Shown one piece after another: positions 54,700-62,830 of a stretch of 64,000 nt of DNA; position 1 is the first letter of the stretch, and each line of letters begins with the position of its first letter. The notes below the pieces were generated by a model, which was given only the letters and a program-made list of their open reading frames with translations, had not been told where the DNA came from and searched no databases. The translations under genes and the position numbers were made by a program. This stretch comes from Ardenticatenales bacterium (GTDB taxonomy: Bacteria; Chloroflexota; Anaerolineae; Epilineales; Epilineaceae): contig JADYYS010000039.1 of NCBI GenBank assembly GCA_020853525.1, positions 76,587 through 140,586 of the forward strand, read 5' to 3'.

Positions 54700-55311
54700 T
54701 CAGCGGCCGATCAGGCGGTAAAACTCGTCGCGCAGCGTCGGATCGTGCTTGAAGGCGCCGCGGCGGGCGGTGGTGATCATGTTCACGCCGTGCTTCTTCA
54801 CCCCGCGCAGGCTGGCGCACGTGTGCTCGCCGTCGAGGACGACCATCACCCCGACCGGATCGAGCGCCGCGACCATGCTGTCGGCGATCTCGTTCGTCAG
54901 GCGCTCCTGGATCTGGAGCCGGCGGGCGAACATGTCCACCAGGCGCGGGATCTTGGACAGCCCGACGACCCTGTCGCGTGGGATGTACGCCACGTGCGCC
55001 CGCCCGGTGAACGGCAGCATGTGGTGCTCACACATGGATTGGTAACCGATGTCGGCGACGACGATCATCTCGCCGTCGCCGTAGGCCACCTCGAACAACG
55101 CGCCGTTCAGAATCGTCTCGATGTCCTGGCCGTAACCGGAGAGCATCTCGCGATACATCTTGGCGACGCGGTGCGGCGTCTTCTGCAGGCCATCGCGCGC
55201 AGCATCCTCGCCGAGGAGCGAGAGCAGGCGGGCGACGAGCGACTCGATCTCGGCGGCGCTCCCGGTCGGGAGGCGCACCGGTTCGCGGCCGTTCGCCGCG
55301 GGGAGTGCCAT
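54700..55311 (-). CDS. folE: GTP cyclohydrolase I
   Basis: Frame of ORF 54700..55386. Motifs are ...VADIGYQSMCEHHMLPF...VVLDGEHTCASLRGV.... The start is ATG 55311 or 55386. Confidence 0.85.
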   Translation of the reverse strand: MALPAANGREPVRLPTGSAAEIESLVARLLSLLGEDAARDGLQKTPHRVAKMYREMLSGYGQDIETILNGALFEVAYGDGEMIVVADIGYQSMCEHHMLPFTGRAHVAYIPRDRVVGLSKIPRLVDMFARRLQIQERLTNEIADSMVAALDPVGVMVVLDGEHTCASLRGVKKHGVNMITTARRGAFKHDPTLRDEFYRLIGR

Positions 55312-55575
55312 CGGCGCAGATCGGGCCGGGGCAAGATCGTTCGCAAACAGTGAATCCGGGGCAGCGTTCGTTGCGCCGAGCGACATGATGTCCGTCCTTT
55401 GGGGGCCAATGACAACCGAATCACCACGGCGCGCGACATTCCCGCCTCCGCAGCCCCATACGGTCGCACGCTGCGGCGCGTACGTTACAGCCGCCGGATG
55501 GTTCGGGCGACGGACGGATCGGTTGCTGGACGGATCGGTTGCCGATCCGATCCGGCGCGGATCGGATCGGGCCGC

Positions 55576-58500
55576 TCAGCGGTCGATCACACCGCTTGCC
55601 CGCGCCGCCGAGGTCCGACAGACGTACGGGAAGTCCATCCCGCAGCGCGTCGACCGGCTGGCCGCCGCACGCGGGTCGCTGCCCGCGCGCGCCTCGCAGC
55701 CGTCGCCCGCCCCGTCGCCGTCCGTGTCGGGCGCCAGGGCGAACGTCCCGGCGCGCCACTCGGCCGCGTCGTCGAGGCCGTCGTCGTCCGAGTCGGCATC
55801 GTCGGGCCACGAGAGCGTGCGCAGGACCTCTTCGCCGTTCGGCAGGCCGTCGCCGTCGTCGTCCGCCTTCGGTGCGACGAGCACATACGTCCACGTCTGC
55901 GGCGGGCTGAGGGGAGTTGCGGGGGCGGATGCTGTCGCGTCGGCACGGGCGATCGCGTTGCGGTCGAGGGCCACTTCGAGGGGGCCGAGGGCGGGTGGGG
56001 CGAAGCCGGTGAAGACGTATGGGCCGGCGCCGGCGCCGGAGAGCGACGTCGCCGGAGAGCCGTTCACCGTCAGCATGGCCGGCCGGACGCCGACGACCTC
56101 GGCGTCGAACGTTACGGCGTACGAAGGGAGCGACACGACGTACGGATGGAGGTGGAACGGCGTCTGGTAGACGACGTGCGGGGGTTCGAGACCGGGTCGG
56201 TCGCCCGACGCCGCGGCGTCGCCCGTCCGTCCTCCCGACTGCAGGATCTGTCGGTCGCGGTTCACGGTGTCCACCCAGCGGTGCCAACGCCAGAAGATGG
56301 GATCCCGCGGCGCGCTCGGCGGGTTCAACATGTCGCCGCCGATGAGGAGGTGAATCGTGTTGTGCCATGGTTCGGTGACGGCGCAGCCGAGCAGTCGCCG
56401 GTCGGCCGGGTAGTCCGACAGGCGGGACTGGCCGCCGCCGGTGACGTCGCACGGCATCCCGTTCCAGCCGCGGACGCCGCCGCCGTTGGCCGTGAACGAT
56501 GCCGGCTTGGCGAACGGTCGATAGAACGCGTTGCGCGATGCGTGGTCGATGTCCGGCCCCCGCGGGATCGGCTGGGCGGAGTCCCATGTCCCGATCTCGG
56601 GATAGCCGAACTCGTGCCGCCAGCGGTTGAAGCGGTCCATGAACTGGACGTGGAAGTCGAAGAACAACGCCCCGTCGTAGAAGGGCTGCTCGAACGCGTA
56701 CCGCTGGTGCCACAGCGCGTGCTCGCGCTGGACGAACTGGGTGTGGTTCGTCGTATAGAAGTCCTCCGCCTGCCGGGTGCTGTTGGCCGCATTGCGCTCG
56801 ACGCTGAGCGTGACGACGTCCGTGCACTGGCCGACGCCGTCGCGCACCGTCACCCAGACGCGTCGGGCCACCGGGCCGGCGTTGTTCGGGTGGCGCTGGC
56901 TCAGCGCCGGCTTCCAATAGAGGGCGAACGTCGAAGCGCGCATGTCGGTCGCGCGGAGCGGTGTCGTCCGCCACACGCCGGCCGTGCTTTCGCTGTAATC
57001 GGCGATCGCGTCGCCGTCGTAGCCCCAGCTGTACGTGAAGTTGCCGCGCGTCGGGGTCATCGCCGCCCGGAACGCGACGCGCTGGCCGACGTTGGCGGTG
57101 CCGGTGCGGGGCGTGATCGACACGCGGCACGTCGTCGGGATCGTCGCCGTCGGGATGGGCGTCGGCGGGGCCGGGGTGGCGGTCGGGCCGACGAGCGTCG
57201 GGAGCGCGGCCGCCGGGGTCGGGACGGCCGTCGGGGCACCGTCGGCGCGCGCGGCGCTGAAACGCAGCCCGGCGATTTCCTCGCCCGCGAAGCCGCGCAC
57301 CCACACGGCCTGCGCCGGTGCGCCGGACGGCGCATACGCTTCCGGCGGCTCCACCGTCACGCCGTACCGGCCCGGCTGGGCGACGGCGACGCGGAATGTT
57401 CCGTCCGCGCCGGTGAGCACGGTCTGCGCCTCCGGGCCGGCCACGGTCACGCGCGCGCCGGCGAGCGGCACCGGCGCCGGCCCGCCGACGTCGTCGACGG
57501 TACCGGCGATGTCCGTCAGGCCGGCGGCGACGAGCCAGTCGCACTGGCCGTAGGCGTAGCGCGCCCCGCCGCCCGTGCTGGCCGACAGCCGCGCGCCCCC
57601 GCCCGTCGGCGAACGGCGCGCCCGCACCGTCCGCCGCCACGGGACGGCGGGTGCCGCGCCGCTGAAGATCACGGCGGTCTCGCCGCTGGGGCCGATGTCC
57701 TCGAGCACCGCCTGCACCGCCTCGCCGCCGCCCGAGACGACGTTGAGCGTCAAGTCCACCGCCTCGCCGGCGACGAAGAGCGGCCCGCTGTCGCCCATCA
57801 CGCAGCCGCGGTCGGTGGCCACGGCCGCAGCCAGGCGCGGCACGCCGCTCGTCTCGCCGCTCAGGCCGATCGTCACGAGGGGTGCGTGGTCGTCGTCCGT
57901 GCGGACGAGGAGAAAGTCCTGCCAGGCGCCCTCCGCTTTCGGGGTGAAGCGGACGGTCACGCCGCGCTCCTCACCCGGCATGAGGAGCGTATTGGCGCTC
58001 CACGGTGCCGGCAGGGCGAACGGCGACGTGCCGGCTTCGCTCTGCAGCGCCAGGCCGAACACCGTGAGCGGCGCGCCCCCCACGTTGCGAACGGTCAGGA
58101 TGCGATCGGACGTGCCGCCGGCGGCGATGCGGTCGAACGCGAGGCGATCGGGCCGCACCGTGACCGCGGGTCCAACCGGTGCGACGACCTCGAACGCACA
58201 GGCGCCCTCGGCTGTCGGCTGGGCATCGCCCGCGGCACGGAAGGCGCGCCACAGGACGCGGCGCGTGCCGAGCGCGGCGCCGATCGGCACCGCAACGCCA
58301 TATGCCTGCCCGCCGTCGACGGCCCGCCTGTCGGCCAGGCTGCGGACGGCGCCGTCCGGCGCGATGTCCTGGACGGAGAGCCAGGCACTTGCGGCGCCGC
58401 GCACCCGGAAGCGCAGCACGGCGTGGTCGCCGACGACGGCGGAAGCCGCCGGCTGGGCAACCGAAACGCCCGGGCCGGCCCGGCAGCCCGTCGAGGCGTC

Positions 58501-59175
58501 GACATCCACCGCGAGGGGCAGCGCGGCACCGGCGCGGCGCAGGCCGAACTGCAACGGCGCGCCGAGGGCACCGGCCGCGCTGTTCGGCGCGGCGTCGAAC
58601 CGCAGGTGCGCCTCGCTTGCGCGCGTGGCTACCCAACCGGCCGGGACGGCGAGCGTTGCCGTGTACGCGCCGGCGGCCGTGACGCCGAACGCGAATGCGC
58701 CGGTGCTGTCCGAGGTCGCAGCGCCGGCCGCACCGGTCGGACCGGCCAGGGCGATCGGCCGACCGGCCAGCGCGCCTTCGCCGCTGCCGCGCAGCCCGTC
58801 GCCGTCCGCATCCTCGAACACCGTGCCGACGATCGCCCGCTCCGGCGTGACGAGGTGTGTGCCGCCGCCCGCGGACAACACCTCGGCGGCCTGCGCGGCA
58901 CGGGCCGGCGCGGGCGTCCCGAACGCACCGTGGTCGGTGGTGGCCCAGAGCGGCAGCGTGGCGGCCAGGAGGGGCGCGACGCGGCGGAGGGTGCGGCGGA
59001 GGGTGCTGCGGAGGGGGCTGCGGGAGGTGTTCCGGAGGGGGATGGGGTGGGACGTTCGCACGGATGGGCTCCAGGGGACGCGGGGAAGGAAGCCCGCACC
59101 CCCGACCGTCTCCCTCAAGGCTGGGGGAGGGGGAGGATGCGGGGTCGGGCGCGCGCATTGTGACCGGCGGATCAT
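55576..59175 (-). CDS. large secreted multidomain protein with tyrosinase-like dicopper centre, Cna-B/SdrD-B-like and Ca-binding (TSP3-like DxDxDG) repeats
   Basis: ORF 55576..59175; the start is uncertain. A signal-like region is RRVAPLLAATLPLWA. The CuA-like motif is HALWHQRYAFE...FFDFHVQFMDRFNRWRHE. The CuB-like motif is WHNTIHLLIGGDM...DPIFWRWHRWVD, matching the tyrosinase signature D-P-x-F-x(3)-H-x(3)-D. The C-terminus has DDDGDGLPNGEE...DSDDDGLDD...DTDGDGAGDGCE. Confidence 0.55.
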   Translation of the reverse strand: MIRRSQCARPTPHPPPPPALRETVGGAGFLPRVPWSPSVRTSHPIPLRNTSRSPLRSTLRRTLRRVAPLLAATLPLWATTDHGAFGTPAPARAAQAAEVLSAGGGTHLVTPERAIVGTVFEDADGDGLRGSGEGALAGRPIALAGPTGAAGAATSDSTGAFAFGVTAAGAYTATLAVPAGWVATRASEAHLRFDAAPNSAAGALGAPLQFGLRRAGAALPLAVDVDASTGCRAGPGVSVAQPAASAVVGDHAVLRFRVRGAASAWLSVQDIAPDGAVRSLADRRAVDGGQAYGVAVPIGAALGTRRVLWRAFRAAGDAQPTAEGACAFEVVAPVGPAVTVRPDRLAFDRIAAGGTSDRILTVRNVGGAPLTVFGLALQSEAGTSPFALPAPWSANTLLMPGEERGVTVRFTPKAEGAWQDFLLVRTDDDHAPLVTIGLSGETSGVPRLAAAVATDRGCVMGDSGPLFVAGEAVDLTLNVVSGGGEAVQAVLEDIGPSGETAVIFSGAAPAVPWRRTVRARRSPTGGGARLSASTGGGARYAYGQCDWLVAAGLTDIAGTVDDVGGPAPVPLAGARVTVAGPEAQTVLTGADGTFRVAVAQPGRYGVTVEPPEAYAPSGAPAQAVWVRGFAGEEIAGLRFSAARADGAPTAVPTPAAALPTLVGPTATPAPPTPIPTATIPTTCRVSITPRTGTANVGQRVAFRAAMTPTRGNFTYSWGYDGDAIADYSESTAGVWRTTPLRATDMRASTFALYWKPALSQRHPNNAGPVARRVWVTVRDGVGQCTDVVTLSVERNAANSTRQAEDFYTTNHTQFVQREHALWHQRYAFEQPFYDGALFFDFHVQFMDRFNRWRHEFGYPEIGTWDSAQPIPRGPDIDHASRNAFYRPFAKPASFTANGGGVRGWNGMPCDVTGGGQSRLSDYPADRRLLGCAVTEPWHNTIHLLIGGDMLNPPSAPRDPIFWRWHRWVDTVNRDRQILQSGGRTGDAAASGDRPGLEPPHVVYQTPFHLHPYVVSLPSYAVTFDAEVVGVRPAMLTVNGSPATSLSGAGAGPYVFTGFAPPALGPLEVALDRNAIARADATASAPATPLSPPQTWTYVLVAPKADDDGDGLPNGEEVLRTLSWPDDADSDDDGLDDAAEWRAGTFALAPDTDGDGAGDGCEARAGSDPRAAASRSTRCGMDFPYVCRTSAARASGVIDR

Positions 59176-59229
59176 CGTGGGTCGCCGGCAAAGTCGACGA
59201 TGGTTGACAACGCCGAATGGGGCGGACGG

Positions 59230-59994
59230 TTACGCCGCCTCGGAGGCCGCCAGGAGCCAGTCGAGCACGCGGTCCCCGTCGCCCAGATCCTCGAACACGA
59301 CGTCCGCGCCGGTGGCGGTCAGCGCGTCGAAATCATAGTCGCCCGTGGCGACGGCGACGGCGCGGAAGCCGTTCACGCGGGCGGCGGCGACGTCCAACGG
59401 GGTGTCGCCGATGACGAAGACCCCGGCGGGCCGGGCGAGGGCAGCTGGGCCGCCGACGACCGAGGCGGCGTGGGCGACGAGCTGGCCGCGGTCCTCGTGC
59501 GTGTCGGCGAAGCCGCCGTCGTCGAGGGGAGGGCCGAAGCCGTAGTGGGCGAGCTTCATGAGGCCCGTGCGTCGGAAGTTGCCGGTGGCGATGCCGACCT
59601 GCGCGCCGGGCACGGCCGCGAGGCGCTCGACGAGAGCGTGCGTACCGGGGAGGGCGCGGCCGGCCGTCTCGTGAAGGGCGTCGCCAAGGTGTTCGGCGTA
59701 CACGGACGCGAACCGGTCGAGCCATCCCTCGAAGCCGCCGTCGAGGCGGTCCGGGTCGACAGCGCCGCGCGACAGGAGGTCGCGGGCGATCGCACGGTCC
59801 GTGCGGCCGGCATACGACACGCCGGCCATGCCGTCCGGGATGCCGAGGAGATCGTGGACGGCGCGGCCCATCGCCAGCACGCCGGCACCGCCGGTGGCGA
59901 GGAGGGTCATGTCGATGTCGAAGAGGTACGTGGCCAATGGCTGCTCCGGTCGAACGCGGCGGGACGGGCGAGGCGGTCGGCCCGTCCGCCCCAT
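59230..59994 (-). CDS. HAD-superfamily hydrolase
   Basis: ORF 59230..59994. Motif I is FDIDMTL (DxDxT). The Rossmannoid HAD core with a C-terminal DD motif region (VIGDTPLDV) is present. Confidence 0.65.
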   Translation of the reverse strand: MGRTGRPPRPSRRVRPEQPLATYLFDIDMTLLATGGAGVLAMGRAVHDLLGIPDGMAGVSYAGRTDRAIARDLLSRGAVDPDRLDGGFEGWLDRFASVYAEHLGDALHETAGRALPGTHALVERLAAVPGAQVGIATGNFRRTGLMKLAHYGFGPPLDDGGFADTHEDRGQLVAHAASVVGGPAALARPAGVFVIGDTPLDVAAARVNGFRAVAVATGDYDFDALTATGADVVFEDLGDGDRVLDWLLAASEAA

Positions 59995-59995
59995 T

Positions 59996-61618
59996 CTACC
60001 GCCAGAGCGCGTACGGACTGTCCAGGATCAACGCCACCAGCTCGCGGATCCGCGGCCGCTGGGCCGCGCTCAGCGTGTCGAACTCGGTTCCGCCGGCCGT
60101 CACGTAGTCCACCAGTACGGCGCGGTCGGCGGCGAGCATCGGTCGGCTGAGGATGCGGTCGATCCAGTAGTCCACCACGGCGCCGGCCGTCTTGCGGTCG
60201 GCCGGCGTCTGGTCGATGACATTCAGCGGGCTCTCGACGCCCCCGCCGACCGGCCGGTCGCCGGCGCCCCGGTCGACGCTGCCGACGAGGTCGAGGGCGT
60301 AGTTCCACCGGGCCAGCAGGCCGGACGAGCTTGCCCAGGCCACCTTGACGTCCGGGTAGCCGTCCGGCGTGGACCAGTAGAACGGGAGGTGGCCGGCGAG
60401 GGCGAGCATCCCGGCGCCGGTCCGGCCACGGCGCGACGTCGTGAAGGCGGACAGGGCATCGAAGTCCTTGGGCTGGGCGCCGAGGGCGCGGGCGGCGCGG
60501 GCGGCGTAGTCCAGCGGGCGGCTGTAGCGTCCGCCGAAGCGGCCGAACGCGGCGGTGAACTCGGCGGAGGTGAGAATCGTGCGGACGACCGCCTTGATGT
60601 CCCCGTCCTTGGTCTTGAAGACGCCTGCGACGCGGTCGACGAGACCGGGCACATCCGCTTCGGGATCGTCGCACACGAAGCGGCGGATGAGCTTAGTGGC
60701 GATGAAACGCGGCGTCGCGTCGTGCCGGCAGAGCATGTCGATGACCTGCACGCCGTCCTGCTCGCCCTGGCGGGCCGGGATCGCCCGGCCGAGGACGCGC
60801 TTGGCGTTCTGGTCGTGGATCCCGTCGCGATACTGGAAGTCGCCGACGACGCCGCCGCGCGCGCCGGCACCCTGGCGGACCCAGTTCCAGCCGGTGAAGC
60901 AGCGTGCGACCTCCTTGATGTCGTCCTCGGTGTACGGCACGCCGTCGACGGCAACGCCGAGGGTGTGGAGTTCCATGATCTCGCGGGCGTAGTTCTCATT
61001 GATCTTGCGCGCCTGGTTCGAGTCGTTGTCCAGGAACATCAGCATCGCCGGCGAGTGGGCGGAGGCCGTGAGGATGTCCTTGAACGTCCCGAGGGCGTGC
61101 GTCCGGGCGACGGTGCGGTCGTCGATGATCCGCACCCGCCCGGCATCCGCCTGGCCGACGAAGACCGTGAAGTGATCGTTCCAGAAGTCGACCATGACCT
61201 CGTAGAGCTGGCGCGGGCTGAACCACTGGCGGATGAGTGTGCCGTTGACGAGGTGCTGCGCCGGGTTGCCGTTGTTGCCCGCCAGGAGCTCGGCCGCCGT
61301 CAGACCATAGGACGTCAGCCCAAGCGCGACGAGCGCCGCGTCGGTGTACGGATCCGGCAACGTGCCGTGGTCCAGCTGCGACTCGATCCAGGCCTCGGCA
61401 CCCTTCTGTCGCGCCGCGGCCACGTCGCCCGGCCGCGCGCCGAAGGCGGCTCGCTGCCACAACAGGGCGACGGCGTCCGGCTCGGGCATGTCGGCCGCGC
61501 TGCGTGCGGCCCAGCGCACGGCGGGCCGCTGGTCGCGGACGAGGGCGGCGGGGGCGAGCGCTGCTCCGGCGAGGGCGGCGCTGCCCCGGCCGAGAAACGT
61601 GCGGCGGGTGACGGCCAT
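59996..61618 (-). CDS. DUF1800-family protein with twin-arginine (Tat) signal
   Basis: Frame of ORF 59996..61690. The ATG at 61618 gives MAVTRRTFLGRGSAALAGAALA. The DUF1800 signature is NENYAREIMELHTLGV. Confidence 0.7.
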   Translation of the reverse strand: MAVTRRTFLGRGSAALAGAALAPAALVRDQRPAVRWAARSAADMPEPDAVALLWQRAAFGARPGDVAAARQKGAEAWIESQLDHGTLPDPYTDAALVALGLTSYGLTAAELLAGNNGNPAQHLVNGTLIRQWFSPRQLYEVMVDFWNDHFTVFVGQADAGRVRIIDDRTVARTHALGTFKDILTASAHSPAMLMFLDNDSNQARKINENYAREIMELHTLGVAVDGVPYTEDDIKEVARCFTGWNWVRQGAGARGGVVGDFQYRDGIHDQNAKRVLGRAIPARQGEQDGVQVIDMLCRHDATPRFIATKLIRRFVCDDPEADVPGLVDRVAGVFKTKDGDIKAVVRTILTSAEFTAAFGRFGGRYSRPLDYAARAARALGAQPKDFDALSAFTTSRRGRTGAGMLALAGHLPFYWSTPDGYPDVKVAWASSSGLLARWNYALDLVGSVDRGAGDRPVGGGVESPLNVIDQTPADRKTAGAVVDYWIDRILSRPMLAADRAVLVDYVTAGGTEFDTLSAAQRPRIRELVALILDSPYALWR

Positions 61619-61858
61619 CGGGCACCTCCTGGGGGTGGGTGCGTTGCGGTCGGTGTGGCGGGCGCGCGGCATGGCGCGCCGCCGGGACAAACGCGCGGAC
61701 GGGCGGGGGCGTTAGACCGATGCGCGGCGTACGCGGGCGTCGGATCGGCGACAGCGTTCGGTCGTCGAGGGCATCGGAGGCGCACGGGCGATAGAATAGC
61801 GCCGTTGGCGACCGCAGATGCGCACGCGCCAGCCCACGAACAAGGATGAATCGAACCG

Positions 61859-62332
61859 ATGACCCTCCAGATCGGCGACCCCGCCCCCGAATTCGCGCTG
61901 CCCGACCAGGACGGCCGCACCGTGCGCCTCGGCGATTTGCGCGGCCGGACCGTCATCCTCTTCTTCTACCCCAAGGACGACACGAGCGGCTGCACCGCTC
62001 AGGCGTGCGGCTTCCAGGCCGAGCTGCCGACGGTCGACGCCGCGGGCGCGATGGTCATCGGCATCAGCCCGGACGGCCAGGCGTCGCACGTCGCCTTCCG
62101 CGACAAGTACGGGCTGGCGTTCCCCCTCCTCGTGGACGCCGACCACGCCGTCGCCGCGGCGTACGGAGCATGGGGCGAGAAGTCGATGTACGGCCGGAAG
62201 TACGACGGGATCCTGCGCAGCCACTTCGTCATCGGCCCGGACGGCCGACTCGTCGACGTCCAGGTGAAGGTCAGCCCGGCCGACAGCGTCCGGCTGGCCG
62301 TGGCGGCGGTGGGGGCGATGGCGGGGGGCTGA
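61859..62332 (+). CDS. bcp: thioredoxin-dependent peroxiredoxin (Bcp-type)
   Basis: ORF 61859..62332. The Bcp motif is ILFFYPKDDTSGCT. Confidence 0.85.
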   Translation: MTLQIGDPAPEFALPDQDGRTVRLGDLRGRTVILFFYPKDDTSGCTAQACGFQAELPTVDAAGAMVIGISPDGQASHVAFRDKYGLAFPLLVDADHAVAAAYGAWGEKSMYGRKYDGILRSHFVIGPDGRLVDVQVKVSPADSVRLAVAAVGAMAGG

Positions 62333-62398
62333 GCGTTGCTGGTGGACGACGCTGACGGCGCGGTTGCCAGCCCGGATGCCTGTGCGGATGCCGGCGCG

Positions 62399-62788
62399 AT
62401 GATCACCGGCCTCGACCACGTCCAGCTGGCGATTCCCGCCGGCGGCGAGGACGCGGCGCGGGCGTTCTACGGCGGGTTGCTCGGAATGCGCGAGGTCGCC
62501 AAGCCGGCAGCGCTCGCCGGGCGGGGCGGCGTCTGGTTCGCGCTCGACGACGGGCGGCAGGTGCACCTCGGCGTCGAAGCGGGCTTCGTCGCGGCGGCGA
62601 AGGCGCATCCGGCGTTCGTCGCAAACGACATCGACGCGGTGGCGGATGCGCTGCGGGCGGCGGGGTATGGGGTGGCGTGGGACGACGGGCTGGCGCCGCG
62701 GCGGCGGTTGTATGTGGGGGATCCGTTCGGGAACCGGGTGGAGGTCGTATCCGCGGCGTACGAGGAATCGTCATCGCCAGCGGATTGA
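62399..62788 (+). CDS. VOC-family (glyoxalase/bleomycin-resistance fold) protein
   Basis: Frame of ORF 62336..62788. The fold signature is MITGLDHVQLAIP...GDPFGNRVEVV. Confidence 0.6.
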   Translation: MITGLDHVQLAIPAGGEDAARAFYGGLLGMREVAKPAALAGRGGVWFALDDGRQVHLGVEAGFVAAAKAHPAFVANDIDAVADALRAAGYGVAWDDGLAPRRRLYVGDPFGNRVEVVSAAYEESSSPAD

Positions 62789-62830
62789 CAGGCGCGACAT
62801 CGCAAGCGAACCACCGCAAGGAGTTGGACC

